Source of the DNA: Gammaproteobacteria bacterium UBA3067
GTDB lineage: Bacteria; Pseudomonadota; Gammaproteobacteria; Pseudomonadales; UBA3067
Assembly (NCBI GenBank): GCA_002366835.1
Contig: DFBZ01000060.1
Location: 83,011 to 147,010 of the forward strand
Direction of reading: 5' to 3'
DNA length: 64,000 bases
The notes beneath the pieces are model-generated. The model saw nothing but the letters and a program-made list of their open reading frames with translations, made no database searches and was not told the origin of the DNA. Positions 26,765 through 37,953 of this stretch are shown piece by piece. The position numbers and the translations under genes are program-made. The number at the start of each line of letters is the position of its first letter. Position 1 is the stretch's first letter.

Positions 26765-29700
26765 TCAGGGCAGCTTGAAAAAAGGATCCAGATAATAGGC
26801 CCCCAAGCCGGAAGTCACATCTTTCTCCCACCAGATGTTAAACATATAGACCTCTTCTTCCCTATCCTCATCTGAATCAAAGTCTCCGCTGTCTGCCGTA
26901 ATACTCTCCAAAGAGTACATCTTAGGACTTGTTCCACCCAGATCAACACTGATGTAATCTGTCGTTAAGTCAATTGTCCACGCACCTGCTTCCTCAACAG
27001 AGCCGTTTGACAACCACTCATAGGTGTTAGGCGAGCCTTGAGCAAAGAGCATACGTTCCGTTTGACCCCATACGATTGCAAATTCCCCCACAATGTCTGC
27101 CTCTGCTGTGATATCAACACCATTCGCCGATTCTGCTATGAACGCATCGAAGGGAACGAGACGTAAAGTTAAATAAGAGAGATCCATCGCACCGTTTTGA
27201 ATCACCACCACCTCCGGATGATAAGTATCATTAAACTCAGCCAAGGCAATTTGGTGCTTATCACCGCTACTGGCAATAGTAATTTGCAGGTTTCCATCCC
27301 CATCCACCAACCATGTCATCGCTTCATCTATCGAACCATCATCAGCCCCGTTAGAAAGCAACTCTTGCTCACGCACCCATCGACCACCATCACCGCTGCC
27401 ATCAAACACGTAGTTATCAATAACGAAATGGATATCCGTAACAAACTCTCGTCCAATTCCAAAACCCGCCACACCAAAGCTGCTACCACTGGTTATTGTG
27501 CTATTGGCAGCAAAATCAACGCCGTTACCACTGGCTGCAAGAAATTCGGCAGGCAAAGGTGCTGGTGCCGTGTAGCTAAAGGCTGTTTTAAACTGATCCA
27601 GCGCAACAGTATTGAACATCAGATCCTGCTCAACCGATCCCGCTGCAAAGACGGCTCCGCTGCGAACAATATTTCCGTATCCACCGAGCTCAGTAATGGT
27701 ATCCACAAAGAAGAAATGCTTAAGATCGCCATCCTCAATATCAACATTACTTAGGTCAACCACTGCCTGCGGCGTAACGAACTCAACGACCTCTACGCCA
27801 CCTTTGTGTATCACTTCGTAGCTAACGGTAATACCTGTGTCGACATAGGAGTTTTTGTAGAAGCGCACCGTGGGGTTGGCCCCAGCCACCGTACCATCGC
27901 TTGAAACAAGGTAAGCATTAACGTCATATTCATTACTACCATCATTGCCACGACCGACCCATATACCCACTCCATTACCGTTAGCTGGGTCGAAACTGGC
28001 AGAGCTGCTTATAATGTCACTCAATGTGGTTGCCGGCACAGGCTCCCAGTTACCACTGCCAACAGGCTTTTCTAACTGGTCTACGGGCACAATACCTTCG
28101 CAGGAAAGTCCCGTTTCATCAAACCAGTCATCCCAACGACTCCAGTTATTGTCACACCAAAAAATATAGGCCTCAGCAGTATTACTTTCGCTTGCTAGGT
28201 AAGCTCGCGCACCTGTGGCAAAGGAGGGGTTTCCAGGAAGGCCATCTGCAAAATTACCGTCGAGAATATCCAGCATGATCCTGTCTTCAATGTTGTATTC
28301 CTCAAGGTCTACATGCCTTATTAGGTGATCAACAATTACTCCAGATTTTGTTAATTTCAGAACAGCCGTTTCAGGTGCTGCGGCATAACCATCAATTTGT
28401 AATATGTCGTCGGCAATATCTACATCTCCACTGCTGCTCAGATAACCTTCTTCGCCCACCGCATTCGCTGTTGAGTCGACCCATACCGTATCGATCTCAT
28501 CCCAGGAGAACTGGGTTTCCAGAGCATCGGAAATAACTCCGTATTTAAAACCCCAGTCTCTATCAGCTTCCAGCCAAACAATGCCACTGGCACCAATGGG
28601 CTGCTCTCTGACGTCTACTGGCAGGGTCGCACTGACGTTAAATATTGCCGTACACGCTGAGCCGCCAGTATTCGTATTGCCGGTCCAAGTTCCGGTAAAT
28701 TTGCCAGCGCCCTCGCTGAATGTTCCGGTAAAGCTGTCTGAAACATTAGCCGTAGCATCCACGCCCGAAAAGGTAAAAGTGCCATCAGGCTGTATGGTTC
28801 CTGTGTATAGCCAGTCATCATTCATGTTACTAACGGTCAGAGCAGTACCAACCTGTTCAAACTGCCAGAACTCGGAACCGCTTTCACCAACAACACTCAG
28901 GCAACTACTACTGTCGACATCCCACTCGGTGCCCGAATCAGCACTGTAGTCTTGCAGGTAAATACCGCTCATGTCAGGGATTGCTGCTTCACAGGCATCG
29001 CCTATGCCATCGCCGTCATCAACACCGTTGGTATCTAGCTGATCTGAGTTAGAAACTAAAGGACAGTTATCAGTAGCATCACCGACGGTATCGCTGTCGG
29101 TATCTTCATTAAACGGGTCGGTGCCTAGACCTAGCTCATCAACATCCAACACGCTATCGTTGTCGTCATCGGCATCACAGGCATCGCCTTCGGTATCACC
29201 GTCGTTGTTAACCTGGTTAGTATTGGCAATCTCTGGGCAGTTATCCAGATCATCAATCACTGTGTCTAAGTCAGTGTCCAATTCACATGCATCGCCTATG
29301 CTATTTGAGTTCAAATCAGCTTGATCTGCATTAGCTGTAAATTGACAGTTATCAGGGGCAGCATCCAGCACGCCATCATTGTCATCATCGGTATCACAGG
29401 CATCACCTTCGGCGTCGCCGTCGTTGTTAGCCTGATCGGTGTTTGCATCAACCGAGCAGTTATCACCATTGTCGCCCACGGTATCGCTGTCGGTATCAAC
29501 TGTTTCAGCTGGATCTGCTGGGAAGGCATCAGCATTATCACCCACGCCATCGCTGTCAGTATCCGTAGTTTCAGCCGGGTCTGCTGGGAAGGCATCGGCG
29601 TTATCACCTACACCATCACTGTCGGTATCAGTTGTTTCAGTCGGATTTACCGGGAAAGCATCGGCGTTATCACCTACACCATCGCTGTCGGTATCTGCAG

Positions 29701-31696
29701 TTTCAGCTGGATCTGCTGGGAAGGCATCAGCATTATCACCCACGCCATCGCTGTCGGTATCCGCAGTTTCAGTCGGATCTACCGGGAAGGCATCGGCATT
29801 ATCACCCATACCATCGCTGTCGGTGTCCGCAGTTTCAGCTGGATCGGCTGGGAAAGCATCAGCATTATCACCCACGCCATCGCTGTCGGTATCCGCAGTT
29901 TCAGTTGGATCTGCTGGGAAGGCATCAGCATTATCACCCACGCCATCGCTGTCAGTATCCGTAGTTTCAGCCGGGTCTGTTGGGAAGGCATCTGAATTGT
30001 TGCCCACGGTGTCGCTATCTGTATCTAGGGCCTCTAAAGGGTCGGTGGGGAATTGATCTACACCATCAGAAAAACCATCCGAGTCTGTATCCCACAGTAA
30101 AGGATCAGTTCCATCCAAACCTTCCTGGGTATCAGAAACACCGTCTCCATCTTTGTCGGTGTCACTGTTATCGCCTATATTATCACCATCCAAATCGCTG
30201 TCTTCGGCACTATCCAAGGGAAACAAATCATCTACATCGAGCACACTGTCCTCATCATCATCGCCATCACAGACATCACCACCGTCGCCTAAACCATCGG
30301 TGTTCAGCTGGTCAGGGTTAGCGTTCAATGGACAGTTATCTGTACCGTCATTGATAACGCCATCGCCGTCGGCATCGTTTGAGCAGGCATCGCCTTCGCC
30401 ATTCGCATCCGTATCTATTTGATCCGTATTGGCAGCCAATGGACAGTTATCAACTCCGTTATTTATAGTATCGGAATCACGATCCAGGGCTGGATCTAAA
30501 AAGGCACTGTTATCAAGGGGGTAGTCATCATCATTATCCGCCCAACCGTCATTATCGTCATCAGTGTCGGCATTGTTACCAATAAAGTCTCCATCCGTAT
30601 CAAGCTGTTCGGCTGGATCTTCTGGAAACGCGTCATCAGCATTTAGCACTGAGTCGCCGTCAAGATCAGAGTTTGTTTCTGCTGGCTCTGACTCCACATT
30701 AATCGTGTCAAGCGCGGTAGTGTCTGTTGTTTCTCCAGTAACGGTAGTTTCGTCTCGCAACTCTTGCTCAATATCAGCAACCAGAATAGTCGTGTTAGGA
30801 ATGGTCAAAGTTGCTGGATCCTGGCTTAACACGTCTAGTGCAGGTGCTTCGTAGACCGTACTCGCAACTCCACCGACGGTTCCATCAATTTCACCATCGG
30901 CCAAATCATTGGCCAGCTCAGTTAAAATTTCACCTGTATCACCAGTAACAGATAACTTTTGCATCTCATAAGCTATAGCCGTTAATGCTTCTATAGCAGT
31001 TCGGTATGCGGCCACGGAAGCCTGCTCTTCTGTTGTGTCAGTCGTACTGTCAATCAAAGGAGGCGTATCAAAAATATCAACCGTTTCATCCAAACCAAAA
31101 CCCATGGTGGATTTGACCTGAGAAGCAGCGGTAAGCAAGGCGGCTTCAAAAGAAGCGCCATCAAGCGAAGCTGGGTCTGCAATGGCAATATCCACCGCCA
31201 TGGTTGTCAGCGGTGTTGCATAAATCTGTTCACCGGAATCCAGCAATGCCTGGGTTACCACCGTTCGCATAGTAGTGATAACAGGCGCCAGACCTGTAGT
31301 AATGTCGGTTGTATCAGTATCGGAGGTAACTTCTAGAATATAAGGAGGGGCCAAAGGAAAAGCTAAAGATAGATTCTGTATCTGCGCCTGTGCATTGGTA
31401 GAGCCGCTTCCTGCAACACTGCCTTTCATTCCAGGCCCTGATGGTTCAATGTTGTAGACAGTCACCACGGCGTTGGCCAGCGGCCCTTTAATGCCACCCC
31501 CTGTTAGTGCGAGTGTCGCGGTATCGGCGTTGGTATTACCGCCAGTATTATTCGTACCGTTTTCTTCTGCAGCAGGATCATTGCGGTGCGAATCGCTACA
31601 CCCTGCGAAAAAAGAAAGCAGCACTAGATAAGTAATTACGTGAACCAGACTGCGGGTTGGTACACATTGAGCTAGGCGCATTATAAATCCCCTCAC
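26765..31696 (-). CDS. Giant (1643 aa) surface lipoprotein with thrombospondin type-3 (TSP3) Ca-binding repeats and an uncharacterised ~780-aa C-terminal region
   Basis: Lipobox LSFFAGC followed by S. Dozens of DxDxDGxxDxxD motifs, both the cysteine-containing form (DNCPLxxNxDQxDxDxDGxGDAC) and a Cys-free form (DTDSDGVGDNADAFPADP). Confidence 0.8.
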   Translation of the reverse strand: MRGFIMRLAQCVPTRSLVHVITYLVLLSFFAGCSDSHRNDPAAEENGTNNTGGNTNADTATLALTGGGIKGPLANAVVTVYNIEPSGPGMKGSVAGSGSTNAQAQIQNLSLAFPLAPPYILEVTSDTDTTDITTGLAPVITTMRTVVTQALLDSGEQIYATPLTTMAVDIAIADPASLDGASFEAALLTAASQVKSTMGFGLDETVDIFDTPPLIDSTTDTTEEQASVAAYRTAIEALTAIAYEMQKLSVTGDTGEILTELANDLADGEIDGTVGGVASTVYEAPALDVLSQDPATLTIPNTTILVADIEQELRDETTVTGETTDTTALDTINVESEPAETNSDLDGDSVLNADDAFPEDPAEQLDTDGDFIGNNADTDDDNDGWADNDDDYPLDNSAFLDPALDRDSDTINNGVDNCPLAANTDQIDTDANGEGDACSNDADGDGVINDGTDNCPLNANPDQLNTDGLGDGGDVCDGDDDEDSVLDVDDLFPLDSAEDSDLDGDNIGDNSDTDKDGDGVSDTQEGLDGTDPLLWDTDSDGFSDGVDQFPTDPLEALDTDSDTVGNNSDAFPTDPAETTDTDSDGVGDNADAFPADPTETADTDSDGVGDNADAFPADPAETADTDSDGMGDNADAFPVDPTETADTDSDGVGDNADAFPADPAETADTDSDGVGDNADAFPVNPTETTDTDSDGVGDNADAFPADPAETTDTDSDGVGDNADAFPADPAETVDTDSDTVGDNGDNCSVDANTDQANNDGDAEGDACDTDDDNDGVLDAAPDNCQFTANADQADLNSNSIGDACELDTDLDTVIDDLDNCPEIANTNQVNNDGDTEGDACDADDDNDSVLDVDELGLGTDPFNEDTDSDTVGDATDNCPLVSNSDQLDTNGVDDGDGIGDACEAAIPDMSGIYLQDYSADSGTEWDVDSSSCLSVVGESGSEFWQFEQVGTALTVSNMNDDWLYTGTIQPDGTFTFSGVDATANVSDSFTGTFSEGAGKFTGTWTGNTNTGGSACTAIFNVSATLPVDVREQPIGASGIVWLEADRDWGFKYGVISDALETQFSWDEIDTVWVDSTANAVGEEGYLSSSGDVDIADDILQIDGYAAAPETAVLKLTKSGVIVDHLIRHVDLEEYNIEDRIMLDILDGNFADGLPGNPSFATGARAYLASESNTAEAYIFWCDNNWSRWDDWFDETGLSCEGIVPVDQLEKPVGSGNWEPVPATTLSDIISSSASFDPANGNGVGIWVGRGNDGSNEYDVNAYLVSSDGTVAGANPTVRFYKNSYVDTGITVSYEVIHKGGVEVVEFVTPQAVVDLSNVDIEDGDLKHFFFVDTITELGGYGNIVRSGAVFAAGSVEQDLMFNTVALDQFKTAFSYTAPAPLPAEFLAASGNGVDFAANSTITSGSSFGVAGFGIGREFVTDIHFVIDNYVFDGSGDGGRWVREQELLSNGADDGSIDEAMTWLVDGDGNLQITIASSGDKHQIALAEFNDTYHPEVVVIQNGAMDLSYLTLRLVPFDAFIAESANGVDITAEADIVGEFAIVWGQTERMLFAQGSPNTYEWLSNGSVEEAGAWTIDLTTDYISVDLGGTSPKMYSLESITADSGDFDSDEDREEEVYMFNIWWEKDVTSGLGAYYLDPFFKLP
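29475..30046 (-). repeat. In-frame 66-bp tandem repeat, about 8.5 units (22-aa unit DTDSDGVGDNADAFPADPAETA)
   Basis: Units begin at 29475, 29541, 29607, 29673, 29739, 29805, 29871 and 29937, an exact 66-bp phase. Most are roughly 85-95% identical at the nucleotide level by eye. Confidence 0.9.
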
Positions 31697-32049
31697 TTCT
31701 TTCCTTAAAAATGAATTTTAGATAGCCAAAAGCATTAACGCTGCCCACATTAGAGCGAACGCCAGCAGCCTTAGACTAGATGATAAAATGGACTTTTCCA
31801 GAGTTTCTATAAAGTTTTCTTGTTTCTAAAAAGCGGCGTCATTTTAGTGACTCATTACCCTTCAACATGCGATATAAAATTGACACATGAAACCACTCCT
31901 TGCCTCCGCGTAACGAAGGCAGATCAAGCGAAGCTATACCCCTTCTATAAAGCATCGTGCTAGAATGCGCCGTCGCGCTTGACTCAGGCTTTCATAATGT
32001 GAAAAAGCTAGGGCACCTCGCGACAGCGTGCGATTAAAGTGGAAACAAT

Positions 32050-32247
32050 ATGGAATTTATGGACTGGCGCCTTTTTGGAACTGCCATAGGCTTAATGTTT
32101 ATTTTTGAGGGCATCATGCCTTTCCTGATTCCTAATAGACTTCGTGGAATGGCTCTAATGGTACTTAAATTGGGCGATAACACCATTCGCGGCATGGGCT
32201 TGTTCAGTATGGTCATGGGCTTGATTATCCTGTCATTAACGAGATAA
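32050..32247 (+). CDS. DUF2065 (YjeT-like) small membrane protein
   Basis: 65 aa with two hydrophobic helices. The pattern FEGIMPFLIPNRLR...DNTIRGMG resembles E. coli YjeT. Sits immediately upstream of hisZ-purA, as in Pseudomonas. Confidence 0.6.
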   Translation: MEFMDWRLFGTAIGLMFIFEGIMPFLIPNRLRGMALMVLKLGDNTIRGMGLFSMVMGLIILSLTR

Positions 32248-32319
32248 CAGCCTCACTTTAAAACTAGCGCACAACGAACACCCTTCTCACCCCAACAACA
32301 CAAATTTCGAGTTATATGC

Positions 32320-33495
32320 ATGGCGACAGCGGATCAGTGGTTACTCCCAGATGGCATTGAAGAACTGTACCCCAAACAGGCAACTGCCATCGAAGCACTT
32401 AGAAGAGAGCTTCTCGACCTCTATCAATCATGGGGTTATGACTTAGTCCTGCCACCACTTCTGGAGTATCTTGAGTCGCTCAACACCGGCATGGGAAATG
32501 ACTTCAAACTACAAACGCTGAAAGTAACAGACCAGTTAAGTGGTCGCCAAATGGGCTTGCGAGCCGACATCACCCCGCAGGTCGCTCGTATTGATGCCCA
32601 CGGGTTAAAGAACGAAGGGCCCACTCGGCTTTGTTATGCGGGCTCTGTTCTCCATGCGAAGCCCAACCTTTCCGGCTCTCGATCATTAATCCAGGTGGGT
32701 GTTGAACTTTTTGGTCACGCCAACACCGATAGCGATACGGAAGTGATCGAGCTCATGCTTCGCACGCTGCGAGCAGCAGGCTGCACTTCTATCACCCTGG
32801 ACCTCGGCCATGTGGGTATCTGCCAAAGTCTGCTGGAAAAAAGCGAACTACCCGAAGAACAAATATCACGCTTATTCGATATTTATCAGCGCAAAGCGAC
32901 CGTTGAGCTGGATGATTTTCTGGGAGCTCATGTCCACAACCAGGAATTAGGCAACATCTTGCAACGCCTGCCAAAACTCTCTGGAAGCGCGGAGTGCCTA
33001 GAAGAAGCCCGCCAACTGTTGAGCGTCTACCCTGAAGCAATCACCGCGGTGAACGAGCTGGAAGTCATCGCACAGCAAACCAAAGCGGCTTTCCCAGAAA
33101 TCAACATCTACTATGATCTGAGCGAACTACGGGGCTACCGTTATCATACTGGCGTGGTTTTCGCAGCTTATACACCCAGCCACGGCCAGGCCATTGCCAA
33201 GGGCGGGCGCTACGATGACGTCGGCGAAAAGTTCGGTCGCTCGCGCCCAGCCACCGGCTTCAGCACAGACATCAAAACATTGGTAAACCTGACACAATAC
33301 CGGGCAAACCCCGTAAGCAAAATTTTTGCACCCTCCGACACCGACCCAACGCTGCGAGATAAAATAAATAGTCTTCGTAGTGATGGTGAAGTGGTTATCA
33401 AAAGCCTGCTAGGGCAAAAGGAAGGTGCTAACGAGTGTGGCTGCAACCGTCAGCTGGTAAACAGGAACGGTCAATGGGTTCTGGAAGAACTTTAA
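32320..33495 (+). CDS. hisZ: ATP phosphoribosyltransferase regulatory subunit
   Basis: HisRS-like catalytic core without an anticodon domain: LPDGIEELYP, LRADITPQVARI, GGRYDDVGEKFGR. Located upstream of purA. Confidence 0.9.
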   Translation: MATADQWLLPDGIEELYPKQATAIEALRRELLDLYQSWGYDLVLPPLLEYLESLNTGMGNDFKLQTLKVTDQLSGRQMGLRADITPQVARIDAHGLKNEGPTRLCYAGSVLHAKPNLSGSRSLIQVGVELFGHANTDSDTEVIELMLRTLRAAGCTSITLDLGHVGICQSLLEKSELPEEQISRLFDIYQRKATVELDDFLGAHVHNQELGNILQRLPKLSGSAECLEEARQLLSVYPEAITAVNELEVIAQQTKAAFPEINIYYDLSELRGYRYHTGVVFAAYTPSHGQAIAKGGRYDDVGEKFGRSRPATGFSTDIKTLVNLTQYRANPVSKIFAPSDTDPTLRDKINSLRSDGEVVIKSLLGQKEGANECGCNRQLVNRNGQWVLEEL

Positions 33496-33538
33496 GCGCA
33501 CACCCAGTTTTTGTTTGTGCAAAGTTTCTAATTTATAG

Positions 33539-34828
<1,290 letters not shown>

Positions 34829-34967
34829 TTAAACCACGCTTCTGGTGGGTTTTATAAACGCCGATTAGCAGCTAAGCTATTTGTATCAATCATGGATACA
34901 CATGCCTCACAGAGACTCATCTGCTGAGGCAGTCCCCCCTCTAAATCGCCCTCAGAAGTTCACAACT

Positions 34968-37166
34968 ATGAGCACCACCACACCTCGTCTTTTAAATGAT
35001 TACCCAAAATATTGGGCAGAGTGCTACGGCACTGCGCCATTTCTCCCTACCTCAAAAAAGGAAATGGAAGAGCTAGGCTGGGACAGTTGCGATATTATTA
35101 TGGTGACAGGGGATGCCTACGTCGACCACCCCAGCTTTGGCATGGCCGTGATTGGTCGCACACTTGAAGCTCAAGGCTTTCGGGTCGGCATCATCACCCA
35201 ACCCGACTGGCAAAGCAAAGAACCCTTCCAAATTCTTGGCCGCCCAAACCTCTACTTTGGTGTCACCGCTGGCAACATGGACTCCATGATCAACCACTAT
35301 ACGGCTGATAAGCGTATTCGCAGTGATGATGCCTACACACCGAACAGTGAAGCCGGCAAACGACCCGATCGGGCAGTAAACGTATACTCCCAACGCTGCA
35401 AAGAAGCCTACAAAGGTGTAACAGTTGTGATTGGCGGCATCGAGGCCAGCTTACGCAGAATCGCCCACTACGATTACTGGTCAGACAAAGTTCGCCCCTC
35501 TGCCCTGCTGGACTCCAAGGCCGATATATTGCTTTACGGTAATGCGGAAAGGGCCATGATAGAGCTCAGCCACCGCTTGGCCCGTGGCGACAATATTAGT
35601 GACATTCATGACTTGCGTGGCAGCGCTTTTATTCCCAAGGAGCTACCCGCAGACTGGCTGGAAGTGAACTCAAGCAGCGTTGACCTCCCTGGTGTCGTTC
35701 CACCTATATCAAACCCCTACGATGTACCCCATGACCAGCAACAAGATCCCGCTAGCTGCGAACAAAACCCAAGAAATAATACGCCAACAGAGGAAGCGCC
35801 TCAGCCTCTGCGAATTATTTCCTCACACAAGGCAGCAAAGGCAGGTAAAAAGAGCTACATTCGCCTTCCTTCCTATGAAAAGGTGAGAAATGACAAGGTT
35901 CTCTATGCTCATGCCTCCCGTGTGATGCATCAAGAAACAAACCCCCACAATGCGCTGGCTTTAGTGCAACGACATGGTCAGCGTGAGATTTGGATCAACC
36001 CGCCGCCCATCCCTCTCAGCACAGAGGAGCTGGACAATACCTTTGAACTCCCTTACCAGCGAGTGCCGCACCCCAAATACGGTGATGCAAAAATCCCTGC
36101 CTACGAGATGATTCGGTTTTCCATCAACATTATGCGTGGCTGCTTTGGCGGTTGTACTTTTTGCTCTATTACAGAACACGAAGGGCGTATTATCCAAAGC
36201 CGCTCCGAAGAAAGCATACTGCGTGAGATCGAAGCCGTTCGCGATAAAACCCCCGGCTTTAGCGGAAATATTTCTGACCTTGGTGGCCCCACAGCCAACA
36301 TGTACCGCCTTAACTGCAAAAGTGATGCAATACAAGAAGTTTGCCGCCGCCCTTCTTGCGTTTTTCCTAAAATCTGCGAGAACCTGATTACCGACCACAG
36401 CCCCACCACCCAGCTTTATCGTAAGGCGCGGGCAATACCTGGTATCAAACGCATTCTGATTGCCTCAGGCTTACGTTACGACCTTGCCGTACGGGACCCT
36501 GAATACGTCAATGAGTTAGTCAGTCACCATGTGGGCGGCTATCTTAAAATTGCGCCAGAGCATACCGAAGCAGAACCCCTTAACAAAATGATGAAACCAG
36601 GGGTCAGTACTTATTATGAATTCAAAAAAATGTTTGATCACTTCTCCAAAGAAGCAGGCAAACAGCAATTTCTGATCCCCTACTTTATTGCCGCCCACCC
36701 AGGTACTCGCGATACAGACATGCTAAACCTTGGCTTATGGTTAAAACGAGAAGGGTTTCGCCTTGATCAAGTGCAAAATTTTTACCCCTCCCCCATGGCC
36801 CTCGCTACTACCATGTATCACTCGGAAAAAAATCCTTTAAAGAAACTGGGCTATAAAAGCGAAGCCGTTCTCACCCCGCGTAAAGGCCGACAACGCCGTT
36901 TACATAAAGCATTTTTACGTTATCACGATGCTAAAAACTGGCCAGAGATTCGCGAAGCTCTTAAAAAAATGGGCCGGGCTGATCTTATCGGCTCGGGCAA
37001 AAACCACTTAGTTCCAGAAGAAAGTAAAAGCACACAACACAAAAATAGTCGGCCGCTTAAAAAGGAACAACCCGGTTCAAAAAATACAAACCGCAGGAAA
37101 GGCTCTGTTCAAGGAAAAACCGGAAGTAAAATAAGACGCTCACCTACAACACGAAAAAGAAAATAA
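34968..37166 (+). CDS. ygiQ: YgiQ-family radical SAM protein (UPF0313)
   Basis: [40 protein letters not shown]. Radical-SAM cluster motif CFGGCTFCS. Basic K/R-rich tail. The ORF opens at 34881 and the ATG at 34968 is the more plausible start. Confidence 0.85.
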   Translation: MSTTTPRLLNDYPKYWAECYGTAPFLPTSKKEMEELGWDSCDIIMVTGDAYVDHPSFGMAVIGRTLEAQGFRVGIITQPDWQSKEPFQILGRPNLYFGVTAGNMDSMINHYTADKRIRSDDAYTPNSEAGKRPDRAVNVYSQRCKEAYKGVTVVIGGIEASLRRIAHYDYWSDKVRPSALLDSKADILLYGNAERAMIELSHRLARGDNISDIHDLRGSAFIPKELPADWLEVNSSSVDLPGVVPPISNPYDVPHDQQQDPASCEQNPRNNTPTEEAPQPLRIISSHKAAKAGKKSYIRLPSYEKVRNDKVLYAHASRVMHQETNPHNALALVQRHGQREIWINPPPIPLSTEELDNTFELPYQRVPHPKYGDAKIPAYEMIRFSINIMRGCFGGCTFCSITEHEGRIIQSRSEESILREIEAVRDKTPGFSGNISDLGGPTANMYRLNCKSDAIQEVCRRPSCVFPKICENLITDHSPTTQLYRKARAIPGIKRILIASGLRYDLAVRDPEYVNELVSHHVGGYLKIAPEHTEAEPLNKMMKPGVSTYYEFKKMFDHFSKEAGKQQFLIPYFIAAHPGTRDTDMLNLGLWLKREGFRLDQVQNFYPSPMALATTMYHSEKNPLKKLGYKSEAVLTPRKGRQRRLHKAFLRYHDAKNWPEIREALKKMGRADLIGSGKNHLVPEESKSTQHKNSRPLKKEQPGSKNTNRRKGSVQGKTGSKIRRSPTTRKRK

Positions 37167-37217
37167 CCGAGACTGGTCTTTCAGATAACTGCACATCAGC
37201 AGACAGGAAAAATTCGT

Positions 37218-37259
37218 GCAAAACAAAAACTGAGTTTAAGCTTGTGAAATAAACGGCAC
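37218..37259. repeat. Core-only copy (H) of the intergenic repeat core
   Basis: GGAAAAATTCGTGCAAAACAAAAACTGAGTTTAAGCTTGTGAAATAAACGGCAC aligns, with gaps, to copy A's GGAAAAATTAAGCGAAAAAGCGGAGTTTACACCTGTAAATGAGCAC. I saw no convincing flanking inverted repeat. Confidence 0.35.
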
Positions 37260-37310
37260 CACTTAAGCTTGCCGTCTCACTGTTCAGGTTTGGAAGAAGG
37301 CGAATTATCC

Positions 37311-37781
37311 ATGATATCAGCAGACACCTTAATGCAACTCGCTATCGATGCGGCAAAACAGGGAATCACCAGAGGTCAAAGCCCCTTTGGCTGCGCTATC
37401 GCCATTGGTGAAAGGGTCATCACCGCCACCCATAATCATGTATTAGCGCATACGGATATCACCGCCCACGCGGAAATACATGCCTTGCGCTTGGCTTGCA
37501 AAGAAGAGAATAGTATTTTTCTTGAGAATGCGCATGTCGCCGCCACCTGCGAGCCCTGCCCCATGTGTATGGCCGCGCTCCATTGGGCACGGGTCGATAC
37601 CGTCTACTACGGTGCCAGCATCTCTGATGCAGAAAAGGCCGGGTTTAATGAGTTGAATGTGCCTGCCCAGCAATTGCTACAACTAGGGAATAGCCCTGTA
37701 AAACTCATTAAGAACATTCGCCAGGAAGATTGCAAAGCGCTGTTTACCGAATGGCGTCACAACACGCCAATGCCTTACTAA
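37311..37781 (+). CDS. CDA-fold zinc deaminase, guanine deaminase (GuaD)-like
   Basis: TAHAEIHALRLACKE and CEPCPMCMAALHWARVDTVYYGASISDAEKAGFNE (H-A-E / PCxxC zinc site). The tail resembles B. subtilis GuaD more than TadA. The ATG at 37311 is chosen over the TTG ORF opening at 37269. Confidence 0.7.
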   Translation: MISADTLMQLAIDAAKQGITRGQSPFGCAIAIGERVITATHNHVLAHTDITAHAEIHALRLACKEENSIFLENAHVAATCEPCPMCMAALHWARVDTVYYGASISDAEKAGFNELNVPAQQLLQLGNSPVKLIKNIRQEDCKALFTEWRHNTPMPY

Positions 37782-37805
37782 GCCTGAGCACCTCTGAGTA
37801 ACTTT

Positions 37806-37947
37806 AGGGCACCTCTAAAAATTGCCTTTTTACCCGATAGCGGCGTCAGTTCCATACTCAACTCCTCATGTAGCCCTTGTACACTGAGGGTTTCCGTGCG
37901 GTGCTTCCTTGCTCTCGAATAAAAGATCTAATTTTTAGAGATGCCCT
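37806..37947. repeat. Structured intergenic repeat, copy D (142 bp, 18-bp arms)
   Basis: Arms are AGGGCACCTCTAAAAATT and AATTTTTAGAGATGCCCT (17/18 complementary), separated by 106 bp. Fills the gap between convergent genes. Confidence 0.6.
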
Positions 37948-37953
37948 TGATGA

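Noticed and set aside
29475-30046. Regular 66-bp periodicity considered as a possible CRISPR-like array
   Set aside because: The units are contiguous with no unique spacers and are in frame within a CDS. They encode a recognisable Ca-binding motif, and there are no cas genes in the window.
29321-30056. Long + strand ORFs (224, 205, 110 aa and others) opposite the TSP3 repeats
   Set aside because: They are antisense to a strongly supported 1643-aa CDS. They exist only because the 66-bp tandem unit lacks stops in several frames, and their translations are periodic low-complexity strings (for example SALSPTPSLSVS repeated).
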